A stretch of 64,000 nucleotides of DNA from an uncultured Pseudomonadota bacterium (GCA_937898635.1 CALEJW010000045.1:890-64889); one strand, 5' to 3'. Shown: positions 8,205-19,823, numbered from the stretch's first letter. The notes: generated from the sequence alone by a model not told the origin. Numbers and translations: made by a program.

Positions 8205-9511
8205 TGGAACCGGTGGCGGATGGTGAGCTCGTCGCGCGACTTGACCTCGATGTTCTCGACGTGCGCCGCGAACGTGGTGTTGCGGATCTCGATCCGGTAC
8301 TTGCCGGGCGCCAGCTTGAGCGACTTCACCGGCGGGCTCACGCCGCCGGGCTTGCCGTTGAGGTACACCTCGCCCCAGGGCTGGATCGCGAAGACCACGG
8401 TGGCGGGCGGCACCGCGGGAGCGGCGGGCGCCGAGGGCTTCGCCGGGTCGATCTTGGGCGGCTCGGCCTTCGCGTGCACCGCGGGCTTCGCGGCGTCGGG
8501 CTTCGCGGCGTCGGGCTTCGCGGGGTCGGCCTTGGCGGCGTCGGGTTTCGCGGCGTCGGGCTTTCCCGGCTCGGCATTCGCGGCATCGCCGGGCGCCCCG
8601 GGCTTGGCGGGCTCGCTAGCCCCCTCGAGGGCCTTCGTGTCGGGCGACTCCGGAGGAGGAGAGAGCTTCGCCGGCGCGCTGGCCGGCGAAATGGTGGGCG
8701 CCGCGGCGAGTTCCGGCACGGTGAGGCCCGGATCGGTCTTCTTCGTGGCGACCATGAAGCCCAGCACCGCGACCACGGCGGCGAGGATGCCGGCGACGAT
8801 CGTGAGCTTGCGCTTGTCCTGCACGAAGGACGGCACCGTGAGCGTGACCGTGGCGGTGCCGTGCGGGGAGGCCGCGGAGAGCGCGCGCTTCACGTTCGTG
8901 GTGGTGGTCGCGGCGCGGTCCTTCATGCTGTCGCGCGCCTTCTTCATCGCGCCCTCGTGGTGGCCGACCACGTAGATCTCGTGCTCGCGGACGTGCTTGT
9001 CGGTGCGCGATCCCTCGTAGGTGAAGAGCTTGGCGTACTCGCTCGCGAGGTTGGACACCACGTCGTAGTAGGAGCGCGAGACCACGATCTGCCCGGGCCG
9101 CGCGAAGCTCATGATCCGCTGCGCGACGTTGATCCCGTCGCCGATGATGTTGGGGTGCCCGTTGATGTCCTTCACCAGCTTCACGGGGCCGAGGTTGATG
9201 CCCATGCGCACCGCGTCCTCGCCGGACTGCTCGACCTGGGTCGCGGTCTGGTTCTCGCGCACCATGTCGTCGCGCAGGGAGAGCGTGGTGAAGAGCGCGT
9301 CCTCGGGGTCTCCGAGGAAGGAGAGCGCCGCGCCGTCGCCCGTGTCGAGGATGATCCGGTCGTTGACCGGGATGTCCTTGATCGCCTCGGAGAGGTTGTT
9401 CGTGAGGCTCGTCTTCAGGCGAATCTGCTCGGCCACCGGCTTCTTGGAATAGCCGACGAGGTCGATGAACACGACACTGCAGATGAATGTGCGGTTGGCC
9501 TGATCGAGCAT
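8201..9511 (-). CDS. membrane protein: N-terminal class III nucleotidyl-cyclase homology domain, one TM, Pro/Ala/Lys-rich linker, C-terminal PEGA-like domain
   Basis: VVFIDLVGYS, TGDGAALSF, RMGINLGPV and GDGINVAQRI are cyclase-domain motifs. TM segment LTIVAGILAAVVAVLGFMVAT. C-terminus PWGEVYLNGKPGG...GKYRIEIRN is PEGA-like. Confidence 0.8.
   Translation of the reverse strand: MLDQANRTFICSVVFIDLVGYSKKPVAEQIRLKTSLTNNLSEAIKDIPVNDRIILDTGDGAALSFLGDPEDALFTTLSLRDDMVRENQTATQVEQSGEDAVRMGINLGPVKLVKDINGHPNIIGDGINVAQRIMSFARPGQIVVSRSYYDVVSNLASEYAKLFTYEGSRTDKHVREHEIYVVGHHEGAMKKARDSMKDRAATTTTNVKRALSAASPHGTATVTLTVPSFVQDKRKLTIVAGILAAVVAVLGFMVATKKTDPGLTVPELAAAPTISPASAPAKLSPPPESPDTKALEGASEPAKPGAPGDAANAEPGKPDAAKPDAAKADPAKPDAAKPDAAKPAVHAKAEPPKIDPAKPSAPAAPAVPPATVVFAIQPWGEVYLNGKPGGVSPPVKSLKLAPGKYRIEIRNTTFAAHVENIEVKSRDELTIRHRFQ
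8483..8572 (-). repeat. six tandem 15-nt repeats encoding (PDAAK)n in the cyclase linker
   Basis: gggcttcgcggcgtc and close variants start at 8483, 8498, 8513, 8528, 8543 and 8558. The protein reads GKPDAAKPDAAKADPAKPDAAKPDAAKPA. Confidence 0.85.
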
Positions 9512-9635
9512 CGTGCGACCCTGAGCGGCGCGCGCCGGACCCCTTTGGGCAGTTATTGCTTTAAAAAAAGAGACTTACCGTGGGAACTTCGGGCAAGTCC
9601 TAGTTTAGCCCATTCCCGCCGGCGAAGTCTGTGGA

Positions 9636-10400
9636 TTACGTCACGATCGAGAGCGGCGCCCCCGGCAGCGCCCGTCCCTCGGGTCCGAGGAGGCGCAAAT
9701 AGGCCTTCGCGACGGCCTCCGGCGGCGCGAGCGCGGCCCGGTCCTCGCCGGGATGGCTCTGCGCGCGCTGGGGCGTGGCCATGGGCCCGGGGACCAGCAC
9801 GTGGAAGCGCGGCCTGCCGGCCTGCTCGCACTCGTCGGACCAGATCGCCGCGAGCGTGCCGAGCCCGGACTTCGACACCGCGAAGGCGCCCCAGTAGGCG
9901 GCGGGACGGAAGGCGTGGGTCTCGGCGGTGAAGGCGACGGCCCCGTCGGGGGCCTCGGCGAGGAGCGGCAGGCAGGCGCGCGTGAGGGCGAAGGGGGCGG
10001 CGAGGTTCACTCTCAGGTGGGCGAGCCAGGTCTCGAGATCCTGGTCGCGCAGGGGGGCGAGCGGCGTGAAGTGCGCGGCGCAGTGCACGAGCGCGTCCAG
10101 GCGCCCGAGGTCCCGGCGCAGCATCCCGGCGAGCGTGTCGAACTCGCGGTCGCCGGCGCTCGCGAGGTCCAGCGGGATGGCCGCCGGCTCGCGACCGCCC
10201 GCCTCGACGATGGCGTCGTAGGTTTCCGTGAGCGGCCCGGGCTTGCGCCCCAGGAGGGCCACGGTGGCGCCGTGGGCGGCGCAGGCGAGCGCCACGGCGC
10301 GCCCGAGGCCGCGGCCCGCCCCGGTGACCAGCACCACGCGGTCCCGGAGCAGGTCGGCGGGCGGCGCCCAGCGGGCGGAAAGGGTTGCGGCGTCGGTCAT
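9636..10400 (-). CDS. short-chain dehydrogenase/reductase (YciK-like)
   Basis: VVLVTGAGRGLGRAVA Rossmann motif and a YxxxK-type site (YWGAFAVSK). The ATG at 10400 overlaps the hpnE stop (ATGA). Confidence 0.8.
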   Translation of the reverse strand: MTDAATLSARWAPPADLLRDRVVLVTGAGRGLGRAVALACAAHGATVALLGRKPGPLTETYDAIVEAGGREPAAIPLDLASAGDREFDTLAGMLRRDLGRLDALVHCAAHFTPLAPLRDQDLETWLAHLRVNLAAPFALTRACLPLLAEAPDGAVAFTAETHAFRPAAYWGAFAVSKSGLGTLAAIWSDECEQAGRPRFHVLVPGPMATPQRAQSHPGEDRAALAPPEAVAKAYLRLLGPEGRALPGAPLSIVT

Positions 10401-11698
10401 GGCGGCGGTTTCCGGTCGAGGATCGTTCGGGCCGCGCGGGCGCCGCTCTGCACGGCGGCCTCCAGCGTGGCGGGGTAGGGGCCCTCCGTGTAGTCGCCGG
10501 CGAGGGCGAGGCCGGGCAGGCCGGTGGCGGCCGGGGGGCGGAAGGTCCCGGGCTCGCAGGCGAAGGTGGCGCGCCGCTCGGTGATGACCTTGGTCCAGCG
10601 CGGCGGCCCCGGAAGGCCCGCGACCCGCTCGACCTCCCGGTGCACCGCGGTCGCGAGCACGTCGTGATCGAGGACGGCCTCGGCCCGCGACGCCGAGATC
10701 ACGGCGGCGACGAGCCCGCGCGCCCCGCCCAGGGCTTCCCGGTCGAAGAGCCACTGGGCGTGGCCGCCGTCGACGCCGGTCATCGGGAAGGGCAGGCGCA
10801 CGCGGCCGTCGTACTGGAGGTAGACGGTGGTGATGGGCTCCTGGCCGATCGCGCCGATCCGCGCCGCGAGCGGGGCGAGCCCGGGCACCTCGGCGAGCAG
10901 CGAGGCGGCCTCGCGGGGCGCGGTGGCGCAGACGACGGCGTCGTAGCGCGCGCTTTCGCCGGCCGTGGAGACGCGCCAGGCCGGTCCCTCGGGCGCGAGC
11001 GCGAGGACCCGCACGCCCAGGACGATGGTCGCGCCGCGCTCCCCGAGCCACGCGATCGCGGGATCGGGGAGCAGGGCCGAGAGGTCGAAGGCCGGCAGCA
11101 GCAGGTCCGAGTCGGCGCGGCGGCGCGCGAGGGCGTCGCGAAGGACGCGGGCGAAGACGCGCGCGTCCGCCCGGGCCGCGGGCGTGTTGAGCGCGGCCAC
11201 GCAGAGCGGCTCCCACAGGAGGCGGCGCACGCGCCCGGGCTGGCCGCGACGCCCGAGGAAGTCCGCCACGGTCTCGCCCGGGAGCGCGGCGGCCTCGGCC
11301 CGGCGGATGGCGAAGGCGAGGCGCAGCGCGGCGAAGCGCTCGCCCGGCGAGAGCCCGCGGGCGAGCGCGAGCGCGGCCGCGAGGTTGAGCGGCGCCGGCA
11401 GGGCGGGCGCGGCGAAGGCGAGGACCCCGGGGTAATGAAGGGCGAGCGCCGTGCGGCGCAGCGCGTTCTGCGCGACGCCCACCTTGCGCATGAGGGCGAG
11501 CGTGTCCCGGTAGGCGCCGAGCAGGACGTGCTGGCCGTTGTCGAGCACGGTGTCGCGGTACTCGACGCGCCGCGCGCGGCCGCCGGGCGTGCGGTTGGCG
11601 TCGTGGAGCGTGACCGCGGCGCCCGCCTCCTGCAGCGCGACGGCCGCCGCGATGCCCGCGTAGCCCGCGCCGACCACCGCCACGCGCCGCGCGCTCAT
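10397..11698 (-). CDS. hpnE: FAD-dependent hydroxysqualene dehydroxylase (HpnE-type amine-oxidase fold)
   Basis: RVAVVGAGYAGIAAAVAL dinucleotide-binding motif. 433 aa. Sits directly after hpnC-hpnD. Its start overlaps the hpnD stop (ATGA). Confidence 0.8.
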   Translation of the reverse strand: MSARRVAVVGAGYAGIAAAVALQEAGAAVTLHDANRTPGGRARRVEYRDTVLDNGQHVLLGAYRDTLALMRKVGVAQNALRRTALALHYPGVLAFAAPALPAPLNLAAALALARGLSPGERFAALRLAFAIRRAEAAALPGETVADFLGRRGQPGRVRRLLWEPLCVAALNTPAARADARVFARVLRDALARRRADSDLLLPAFDLSALLPDPAIAWLGERGATIVLGVRVLALAPEGPAWRVSTAGESARYDAVVCATAPREAASLLAEVPGLAPLAARIGAIGQEPITTVYLQYDGRVRLPFPMTGVDGGHAQWLFDREALGGARGLVAAVISASRAEAVLDHDVLATAVHREVERVAGLPGPPRWTKVITERRATFACEPGTFRPPAATGLPGLALAGDYTEGPYPATLEAAVQSGARAARTILDRKPPP

Positions 11699-12528
11699 GC
11701 CCGCACCCAGGTCTTCCACGCGATCCAGAGCTTGCGCAGGGGCGTGAGGGAGACGCGCCCCTCGAGCACCGGGAAGCCGTCGCGGCGCATCTCCGCGAGG
11801 AGCGTGCGGTAGATCGCGGCCATGATGAGGCCGGCGCGCTGCTCGCGCCGGTCCTCCGGATGGAGCTTCGCGAAGGCTTCCTCGTAGAGCGCCTCGGCGC
11901 GGTCGGCCTGGGCCGCCATGAGCGCGCGGAAGGACTCCCCCGGGCGGCGCGCGAGGATGTCCTCGGCGCTCACGCCGTGGCGCGCGAGCTCGTCCAGGGG
12001 CAGGTAGATGCGTCCGCGCCTCGCGTCCTCGCCCACGTCGCGGATGATGTTGGTGAGCTGGAAGGCGAGGCCCAGGCTCTCCGCGTACTCGAGCGTCTGC
12101 GGGTGGCGGTAGCCGAAGATGGCCGCCGAGAGCTGGCCCACGACGCCGGCGACGCGGTGGCAGTACACGCGAAGCGCCGCGAAGTCCGCGTAGCGATGGT
12201 GCGTGAGGTCCATCTCCATGCCGTCGATGATCTCGTTCAGCCGCGCCTGGTCGAGGCCCATGGGCTCGACGAAGGGCGCGAGGGCGCGCGTGACGGGGTG
12301 CGTGGGCGTGCCGGCCACGAGCGCGGCCACCTCGGTGCGCCACCAGGCGAGCTTCGCGCGCGCGACCGAGACCTCGCTCGCCTCGTCGGCCACGTCGTCC
12401 ACCTCGCGGCAGAAGGCGTAGAACGCGGTGATGGCGCGGCGCTTGCGCGCGGGCAGGAAGAGGAAGCTGTAGTAGAAGCTCGAGCCGCTCGCCGCGGCGC
12501 GCTGCTGGCAGTACTCGTCGGGGCTCAT
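11695..12528 (-). CDS. hpnD: presqualene diphosphate synthase (HpnD)
   Basis: Squalene/phytoene synthase family: YAFCREVDDVADE and NIIRDVGEDARRGRIYLP Asp-rich motifs. The second of two paralogues in a row. Confidence 0.85.
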   Translation of the reverse strand: MSPDEYCQQRAAASGSSFYYSFLFLPARKRRAITAFYAFCREVDDVADEASEVSVARAKLAWWRTEVAALVAGTPTHPVTRALAPFVEPMGLDQARLNEIIDGMEMDLTHHRYADFAALRVYCHRVAGVVGQLSAAIFGYRHPQTLEYAESLGLAFQLTNIIRDVGEDARRGRIYLPLDELARHGVSAEDILARRPGESFRALMAAQADRAEALYEEAFAKLHPEDRREQRAGLIMAAIYRTLLAEMRRDGFPVLEGRVSLTPLRKLWIAWKTWVRA

Positions 12529-13364
12529 GGGGCGGCCGTGCGCACGGGGGCGGGCCTCCAGAAGGCCGCCTTCCAGAGGATGCGCGCCCAGTCGGGGCCC
12601 TTCAAGACCGGCCGGCGGCGGAACACGTCGCCTTCCACCGCCTCGACCTTGTCGAGGATCCTCAGCCCGCCCGCGGTGATGGCGCGGATCTCGAGCCCGA
12701 GCCGGCCGGGCAGGCGCGTGCCGAGCGGCGAGCCCGAGCGCAGCATGGCCCGCGCCCGCTGGCACTGGAAGCGCATGAGGTCCTGCCAGCGGCCGTCGGC
12801 GCGCCCCTCGGCGATCTGGCGCTCCTCGATGCCGAAGCGGCGCAGGTCCTCCTGCGGCAGGTACACGCGGCCCTTCGCCCAGTCCACGGCGACGTCCTGC
12901 CAGTGATTCGCGAGCTGCAGCCCCGAGCAGATGGCGTCGGAATCGCGCAGGTTCGCGGGGTCGTCCTTGCGGAAGAGCGCGAGCAGCAGCCGGCCCACCG
13001 GGTCCGCCGAGCGCCGGCAGTAGTCCATCAGCTCGTCGAAGCTCTCGTAGCGCTTCCTCGAAACGTCCTGGCGGAAGGCGTCGAGGAGGTCGTGGAAGAG
13101 CGCGAGCGGAAGGTCGTGGGCGACGATCGCGTCGTGCAGGCGCGAGAAGAGGGGGTCGGCGGGGCGCTCGCGCCGCCCGATCCGCTCGAGGGCCCGCGCG
13201 TGGCCGTCCAGGAGCGCCAGGCGCTCGGCGTCCGCGAGCTCGCCTTCGTCGGCGAAGTCGTCCGCGCTCCGGGCGAAGGCGTAGATGGCCTCCACCGGGG
13301 GCCGCAGGGCGGGCGGGAGAAGCCAGGAAGCGACCGGGAAATTCTCGTAGTGCTCGACTGGCAA
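12525..13364 (-). CDS. hpnC: hydroxysqualene synthase (HpnC)
   Basis: HYENFPVASWLLP N-terminus, YAFARSADDFADE and QDVAVDWAKGRVYLP. TTG start at 13364. Confidence 0.85.
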   Translation of the reverse strand: MPVEHYENFPVASWLLPPALRPPVEAIYAFARSADDFADEGELADAERLALLDGHARALERIGRRERPADPLFSRLHDAIVAHDLPLALFHDLLDAFRQDVSRKRYESFDELMDYCRRSADPVGRLLLALFRKDDPANLRDSDAICSGLQLANHWQDVAVDWAKGRVYLPQEDLRRFGIEERQIAEGRADGRWQDLMRFQCQRARAMLRSGSPLGTRLPGRLGLEIRAITAGGLRILDKVEAVEGDVFRRRPVLKGPDWARILWKAAFWRPAPVRTAAP

Positions 13365-13393
13365 GGGCGGGGGGAAACGCTTGAATTCTCGGG

Positions 13394-13399
13394 ATTATA
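13394..13399 (-). promoter_or_regulatory. -10 box for the hpnC operon
   Basis: Minus-strand TATAAT about 30 nt upstream of the hpnC TTG start. No good -35 seen. Confidence 0.35.
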
Positions 13400-13449
13400 T
13401 CGGTCCGGCGGGGCGCGAGGCGCCCGTCTCGGGGGGGCTGCGCTTCGGG

Positions 13450-13455
13450 TATAAT
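13450..13455 (+). promoter_or_regulatory. -10 box for tRNA-Leu
   Basis: Consensus TATAAT ending 11 nt before the first tRNA nucleotide. Confidence 0.45.
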
Positions 13456-13466
13456 TCGGCCTCACC

Positions 13467-13551
13467 GCGAAAGTGGCGGAATTGGTAGACGCACCGGATT
13501 TAGGTTCCGGCGCCGAAAGGCATGGGGGTTCGAGTCCCTTCTTTCGCACCA
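13467..13551 (+). tRNA. tRNA-Leu (anticodon TAG)
   Basis: Acceptor stem GCGAAAG/CTTTCGC. Anticodon arm CCGGA-TTTAGGT-TCCGG. Long variable arm. GGTTCGAGTCC T-arm. Encoded CCA. Confidence 0.93.
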
Positions 13552-13652
13552 GGTTCGCTCGGCCGAATGCATCCCCGGATCGGCCCGTTTCCCGGCCGTG
13601 ATGGCCGCCCCACGCGACGGTGACCCGGGAAAACCTCACAGGACATTCCAAG

Positions 13653-14963
13653 ATGCAGCAGGCAGTCGAAACGAAGGTGAGCCCGCTCGAGCGGCAGCTG
13701 AAGGTCGCGGTGCCGGTCGCGCAGCTCGAGGCCGAGATCGCCGAGCGGATCAGGAAGCTCGCGCGCACCGTGAAGATGCAGGGCTTCCGGCCCGGCAAGG
13801 TGCCCATCAAGATGGTGGAGCGCCACTACGGGTTCCAGGTCCGCCAGGAGGCGCTCTCCGAGAGCGTGCAGCGCTCCTTCGTCGAGGCCGTGCGCAGCCA
13901 GAACTACCGCGTGGCGGGCCTGCCCCGCTTCGAGCCCGTGCAGGGCGGGACGGACGCGACCGCCTTCGAGTTCCAGGCGGTCTTCGAGGTCTATCCCGAG
14001 ATCACCCTGGACGACCTCGCCGGGCGCAAGGTGACCCGGCCCGTGACCGAGGTGTCGGAAGCCGACGTGGACGCGACCATCCTCACGCTGCGCAAGCAGC
14101 GGGCGACCTACGAGCGCGTGGAAAGGGGCGCGGGCGAGGGCGACCTCGTGAACATCGACTTCGACGGCACGGTGGACGGGGAGCCCTTCGAGGGCGGCTC
14201 GGGGAAGAACTTCACCGTCGTCCTGGGCGAGGGGCGGATGCTGCCGGCCTTCGAGGCCGCGCTCGCCGGCCTCGCCGAGGGCGCGGAGAAGACCTTCCCG
14301 ATCGTCTTTCCCGAGGACTACGTCGAGAACCTCAAGGGCAGGACCGCGCAGTTCACGGTCAAGGTGAACCAGGTCGCGGCGCCGAAGCTCCCCGAGGTGG
14401 ACGCGCAATTCGCGAAGTCCCTGGGCGTGGAGGACGGCGACGTGGAGCGCATGCGCGCCGAGATCCGCCAGAACGTGGAGCGCGAGGTGAGGAAGCGCAT
14501 CCAGGCCCGCGTGAAGGAGCAGGTGATGGAGGGCCTCGTCGCCGCCGCCACCTTCGAGGTGCCGCGCACCCTCCTCGACACGGAGGCCGCGCGCATGAGG
14601 GAAGCGGCGCTCGCGGACCTGAAGCAGCGCGGAATAGCCGCGCAGGGCGTCGAGCTTCCCGCTTCCATCTTCTCCGAGCGCGCCCGCCACCGCGTCACGC
14701 TCGGGCTCCTCGTCGCGGACCTCGTGCGCAGGAACGAGCTCGGGGCCCGGGCCGACCAGGTCCGCAAGGTGATCGAGGAGCATGCCGAGAGCTTCGAGCA
14801 GCCCGCGGAGATGGTCCGCTGGTTCTACGGCCAGCCCGAGCGCATGGCCGAGGTGGAGGCGGTCGTGATGGAGGACAACGTCGTAGAATGGTCGCTGGGA
14901 CGCATGCAGGTCGAGGACCGGGTCACGGCCTTCGACGAACTCATGGGCACGAAGAAGCCCTGA
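13653..14963 (+). CDS. tig: trigger factor
   Basis: [21 protein letters not shown]...GFRPGKVP ribosome-binding motif, an FKBP-type middle domain, and tig-clpP-clpX-lon synteny. Confidence 0.95.
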   Translation: MQQAVETKVSPLERQLKVAVPVAQLEAEIAERIRKLARTVKMQGFRPGKVPIKMVERHYGFQVRQEALSESVQRSFVEAVRSQNYRVAGLPRFEPVQGGTDATAFEFQAVFEVYPEITLDDLAGRKVTRPVTEVSEADVDATILTLRKQRATYERVERGAGEGDLVNIDFDGTVDGEPFEGGSGKNFTVVLGEGRMLPAFEAALAGLAEGAEKTFPIVFPEDYVENLKGRTAQFTVKVNQVAAPKLPEVDAQFAKSLGVEDGDVERMRAEIRQNVEREVRKRIQARVKEQVMEGLVAAATFEVPRTLLDTEAARMREAALADLKQRGIAAQGVELPASIFSERARHRVTLGLLVADLVRRNELGARADQVRKVIEEHAESFEQPAEMVRWFYGQPERMAEVEAVVMEDNVVEWSLGRMQVEDRVTAFDELMGTKKP

Positions 14964-14977
14964 CCGGGGAGAAGCGA

Positions 14978-15604
14978 TTGAGAGACGAATACCAGGGGCC
15001 CGTCGGCCTCGGCCTCATCCCGATGGTGATCGAGCAGTCGGGGCGGGGAGAGCGCGCCTACGACATCTACTCGCGCCTGCTCAAGGAGCGCGTGATCTTC
15101 CTGGTGGGCCCGATCAACGACTCCATGGCGAACCTGATCGTCGCGCAGCTGCTCTTCCTCGAGAGCGAGAACCCCGACAAGGACATCAACCTCTACATCA
15201 ACTCGCCCGGCGGCAGCGTCTCGTCGGGTCTCGCGATCTACGACACGATGCAGTTCATCAAGCCCGACGTGTCGACCCTCTGCACGGGACTCGCGGCCAG
15301 CATGGGCGCCTTCCTCCTCGCCGCCGGGGCCAAGGGCAAGCGCTTCGTGCTCCCGAACTCGCGCGTGATGATCCACCAGCCCTCGGGCGGCTTCTCGGGC
15401 CAGGCTTCCGACATCGAGATCCACGCGAAGGAAGTGCTCTTCCTCAAGCGGCGCCTGAACGAGATGATGGCCCTGCACACCGGCCAGCCCATCGAGGTCA
15501 TCGACCGCGACACGGACCGCGACAATTTCATGGGGGCCGAAGAAGCGGTAAAGTACGGGCTGATCGACAAGGTCCTCAAGAACCGCGCGCAGGTCGCGGC
15601 CTGA
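14978..15604 (+). CDS. clpP: ATP-dependent Clp protease proteolytic subunit
   Basis: [30 protein letters not shown], with catalytic-serine context [11 protein letters not shown] and MIHQP. The start is uncertain (TTG 14978 or ATG 15023). Confidence 0.93.
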   Translation: MRDEYQGPVGLGLIPMVIEQSGRGERAYDIYSRLLKERVIFLVGPINDSMANLIVAQLLFLESENPDKDINLYINSPGGSVSSGLAIYDTMQFIKPDVSTLCTGLAASMGAFLLAAGAKGKRFVLPNSRVMIHQPSGGFSGQASDIEIHAKEVLFLKRRLNEMMALHTGQPIEVIDRDTDRDNFMGAEEAVKYGLIDKVLKNRAQVAA

Positions 15605-15623
15605 GGACGGGCGGGGACTCGCG

Positions 15624-16892
15624 ATGACGGAAAAGGTCGGCGGAGAAAAGCTCCTCTATTGCTCCTTCTGCGGCAAGAGCCAGCACGAGGTGAGGAAGCT
15701 GATCGCCGGCCCCTCGGTGTTCATCTGCGACGAGTGCATCGACCTCTGCAACGACATCATCCGCGAGGAGGCCGCGCCCGACACGACGGCCAAGGCCGCG
15801 AAGAGCGACCTGCCCAGCCCGCACGAGATCTGCGACATCCTCGACCAGTACGTGATCGGCCAGGTGCAGGCGAAGAAGATCCTCTCGGTCGCCGTCTACA
15901 ACCACTACAAGCGGCTGAAGTCCGGCGGCAAGCAGGACGAGGTCGAGCTCGCCAAGTCGAACATCCTGCTCATCGGCCCCACGGGCTCCGGGAAGACCCT
16001 CCTCGCGCAGACGCTCGCGCGGCTGCTGAACGTCCCCTTCGTGATCGCCGACGCGACGACGCTCACCGAGGCCGGGTACGTGGGCGAGGACGTCGAGAAC
16101 ATCATCCAGAAGCTCCTGCAGAAGTGCGACTACGACGTCGAGAAGGCGCAGCGCGGCATCGTCTACATCGACGAGATCGACAAGATCTCGAGGAAGAGCG
16201 ACAACCCCTCGATCACCCGGGACGTGAGCGGGGAGGGCGTGCAGCAGGCGCTCCTCAAGCTGATCGAGGGCACCATCGCCTCCGTGCCGCCGCAGGGCGG
16301 GCGCAAGCACCCGAACCAGGAATTCGTCCAGGTCGACACCACGAACATCCTCTTCATCTGCGGCGGGGCCTTCAGCGGGCTCGAGAAGGTGATCCAGTAC
16401 CGCACCGACACCTCCGGCATGGGCTTCGGGGCGCAGGTGCGCTCCTCCTCCGACCGCAAGGAGATGAACCTTCTCCTGCACGGCGTGGAGCCCGAGGACC
16501 TCATCAAGTTCGGCCTCATCCCCGAGTTCGTCGGCCGCCTGCCGGTGGTCGCCGTCCTCGAGGAGCTCGACGCGGGGGCGCTCGTGAAGATCCTCACGGA
16601 GCCCAAGAACGCGCTCGTGAAGCAGTACCAGAAACTTCTCGGCATGGAGGGCGTCGAACTGGAGTACCGCGACAACGCCCTCACCGCGATCGCCAAGCGG
16701 GCGCTGGAGCGGCGCACGGGCGCGCGGGGGCTTCGCTCCATCATCGAGCACGCGCTCCTCGAGATCATGTTCGACCTGCCCTCGCTTTCCAACGTCCAGA
16801 AGGTCGTCGTCGACGAAGGCTGCATCACCGGCGACACCAAGCCGCTGCTCATCTACGCCGACCAGCCGAAGGTCGCGGGTGGGCAGTCGTAG
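15624..16892 (+). CDS. clpX: ATP-dependent Clp protease ATP-binding subunit ClpX
   Basis: Zinc-binding [27 protein letters not shown], Walker [12 protein letters not shown] and IVYIDEIDK. Confidence 0.97.
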   Translation: MTEKVGGEKLLYCSFCGKSQHEVRKLIAGPSVFICDECIDLCNDIIREEAAPDTTAKAAKSDLPSPHEICDILDQYVIGQVQAKKILSVAVYNHYKRLKSGGKQDEVELAKSNILLIGPTGSGKTLLAQTLARLLNVPFVIADATTLTEAGYVGEDVENIIQKLLQKCDYDVEKAQRGIVYIDEIDKISRKSDNPSITRDVSGEGVQQALLKLIEGTIASVPPQGGRKHPNQEFVQVDTTNILFICGGAFSGLEKVIQYRTDTSGMGFGAQVRSSSDRKEMNLLLHGVEPEDLIKFGLIPEFVGRLPVVAVLEELDAGALVKILTEPKNALVKQYQKLLGMEGVELEYRDNALTAIAKRALERRTGARGLRSIIEHALLEIMFDLPSLSNVQKVVVDEGCITGDTKPLLIYADQPKVAGGQS

Positions 16893-16958
16893 CGCCGCGG
16901 CCGTTTTCCCCGGCTCCCGGCGCGGTTCCGCCCCCCGCCCGCCGCCCCGCGGACGGGC

Positions 16959-16987
16959 CTTGATCGCCGGCCCCGCGGCCCCCATCT
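16959..16987 (+). promoter_or_regulatory. sigma32 (RpoH)-type heat-shock promoter of lon
   Basis: CTTGATC (16959-16965), 14-nt spacer, CCCCATCT (16980-16987). This matches the CTTGAA-N13-15-CCCCATnT consensus, 30 nt upstream of the lon ATG. Confidence 0.55.
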
Positions 16988-17017
16988 ATTTCGCCTGAAC
17001 CTTCCCAGGAACCCGCC

Positions 17018-19432
<2,415 letters not shown>

Positions 19433-19464
19433 AACCCACCGGAACCATCGCCAGGGAGCAAGAC

Positions 19465-19737
19465 GTGAACAAATCGGACCTGATCGAGGCGATCGCCAAG
19501 AGCGCCGACATCTCCAAGGCCGCCGCCGGCCGCGCCCTCGAGGGGGCGCTCGCGGCGATCCGGGGATCGCTGCGCAAGGGAGGCTCCGTGAGCCTCGTGG
19601 GCTTCGGCACCTTCCACGTGGGGCGGCGCGCGCCCCGCTCGGGACGCAACCCGCGCACCGGGGCTCCCATTCGGATCAAGGCCGCCAAGGTGCCCAAGTT
19701 CCGCGCTGGAAAAGCGCTCCGCGATGCGCTAAACTGA
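19465..19737 (+). CDS. hupB: HU-family DNA-binding protein
   Basis: [10 protein letters not shown]...VSLVGFGTF...[32 protein letters not shown] start. 90 aa. Confidence 0.93.
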   Translation: MNKSDLIEAIAKSADISKAAAGRALEGALAAIRGSLRKGGSVSLVGFGTFHVGRRAPRSGRNPRTGAPIRIKAAKVPKFRAGKALRDALN

Positions 19738-19747
19738 CGGGCTTCCC

Positions 19748-19823
19748 GGGTGCTTAGCTCAGTTGGTAGAGCGTCGCCCTTACAAGGCGAAAGTCGGGGG
19801 TTCGAGACCCTCAGCACCCACCA
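19748..19823 (+). tRNA. tRNA-Val (anticodon TAC)
   Basis: Acceptor stem GGGTGCT/AGCACCC. Anticodon loop CTTACAA. GGTTCGAGACC T-arm. Encoded CCA. Confidence 0.93.

Noticed and set aside
8483-8572. A regularly spaced short repeat array that might look CRISPR-like or minisatellite-like.
   Set aside because: The units are 15 nt, contiguous with no spacers, in frame inside a CDS, and encode PDAAK. No cas genes are present.
8201-9511. The cyclase-domain gene as a Pycsar- or CBASS-like antiphage cyclase.
   Set aside because: - There is no adjacent effector with a cyclic-nucleotide-binding domain, TIR domain, nuclease or pore-forming domain.
- The partners are instead a lipoprotein and a Hanks kinase.
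- The protein itself is a membrane/PEGA fusion.
- The non-canonical specificity residue alone is not enough.
13598-14977. The upstream two-thirds of a 668-aa ORF whose C-terminus is ClpP.
   Set aside because: It overlaps the well-supported tig gene in another frame and is Arg/Gly-rich. Only the part from about 14978 matches ClpP.
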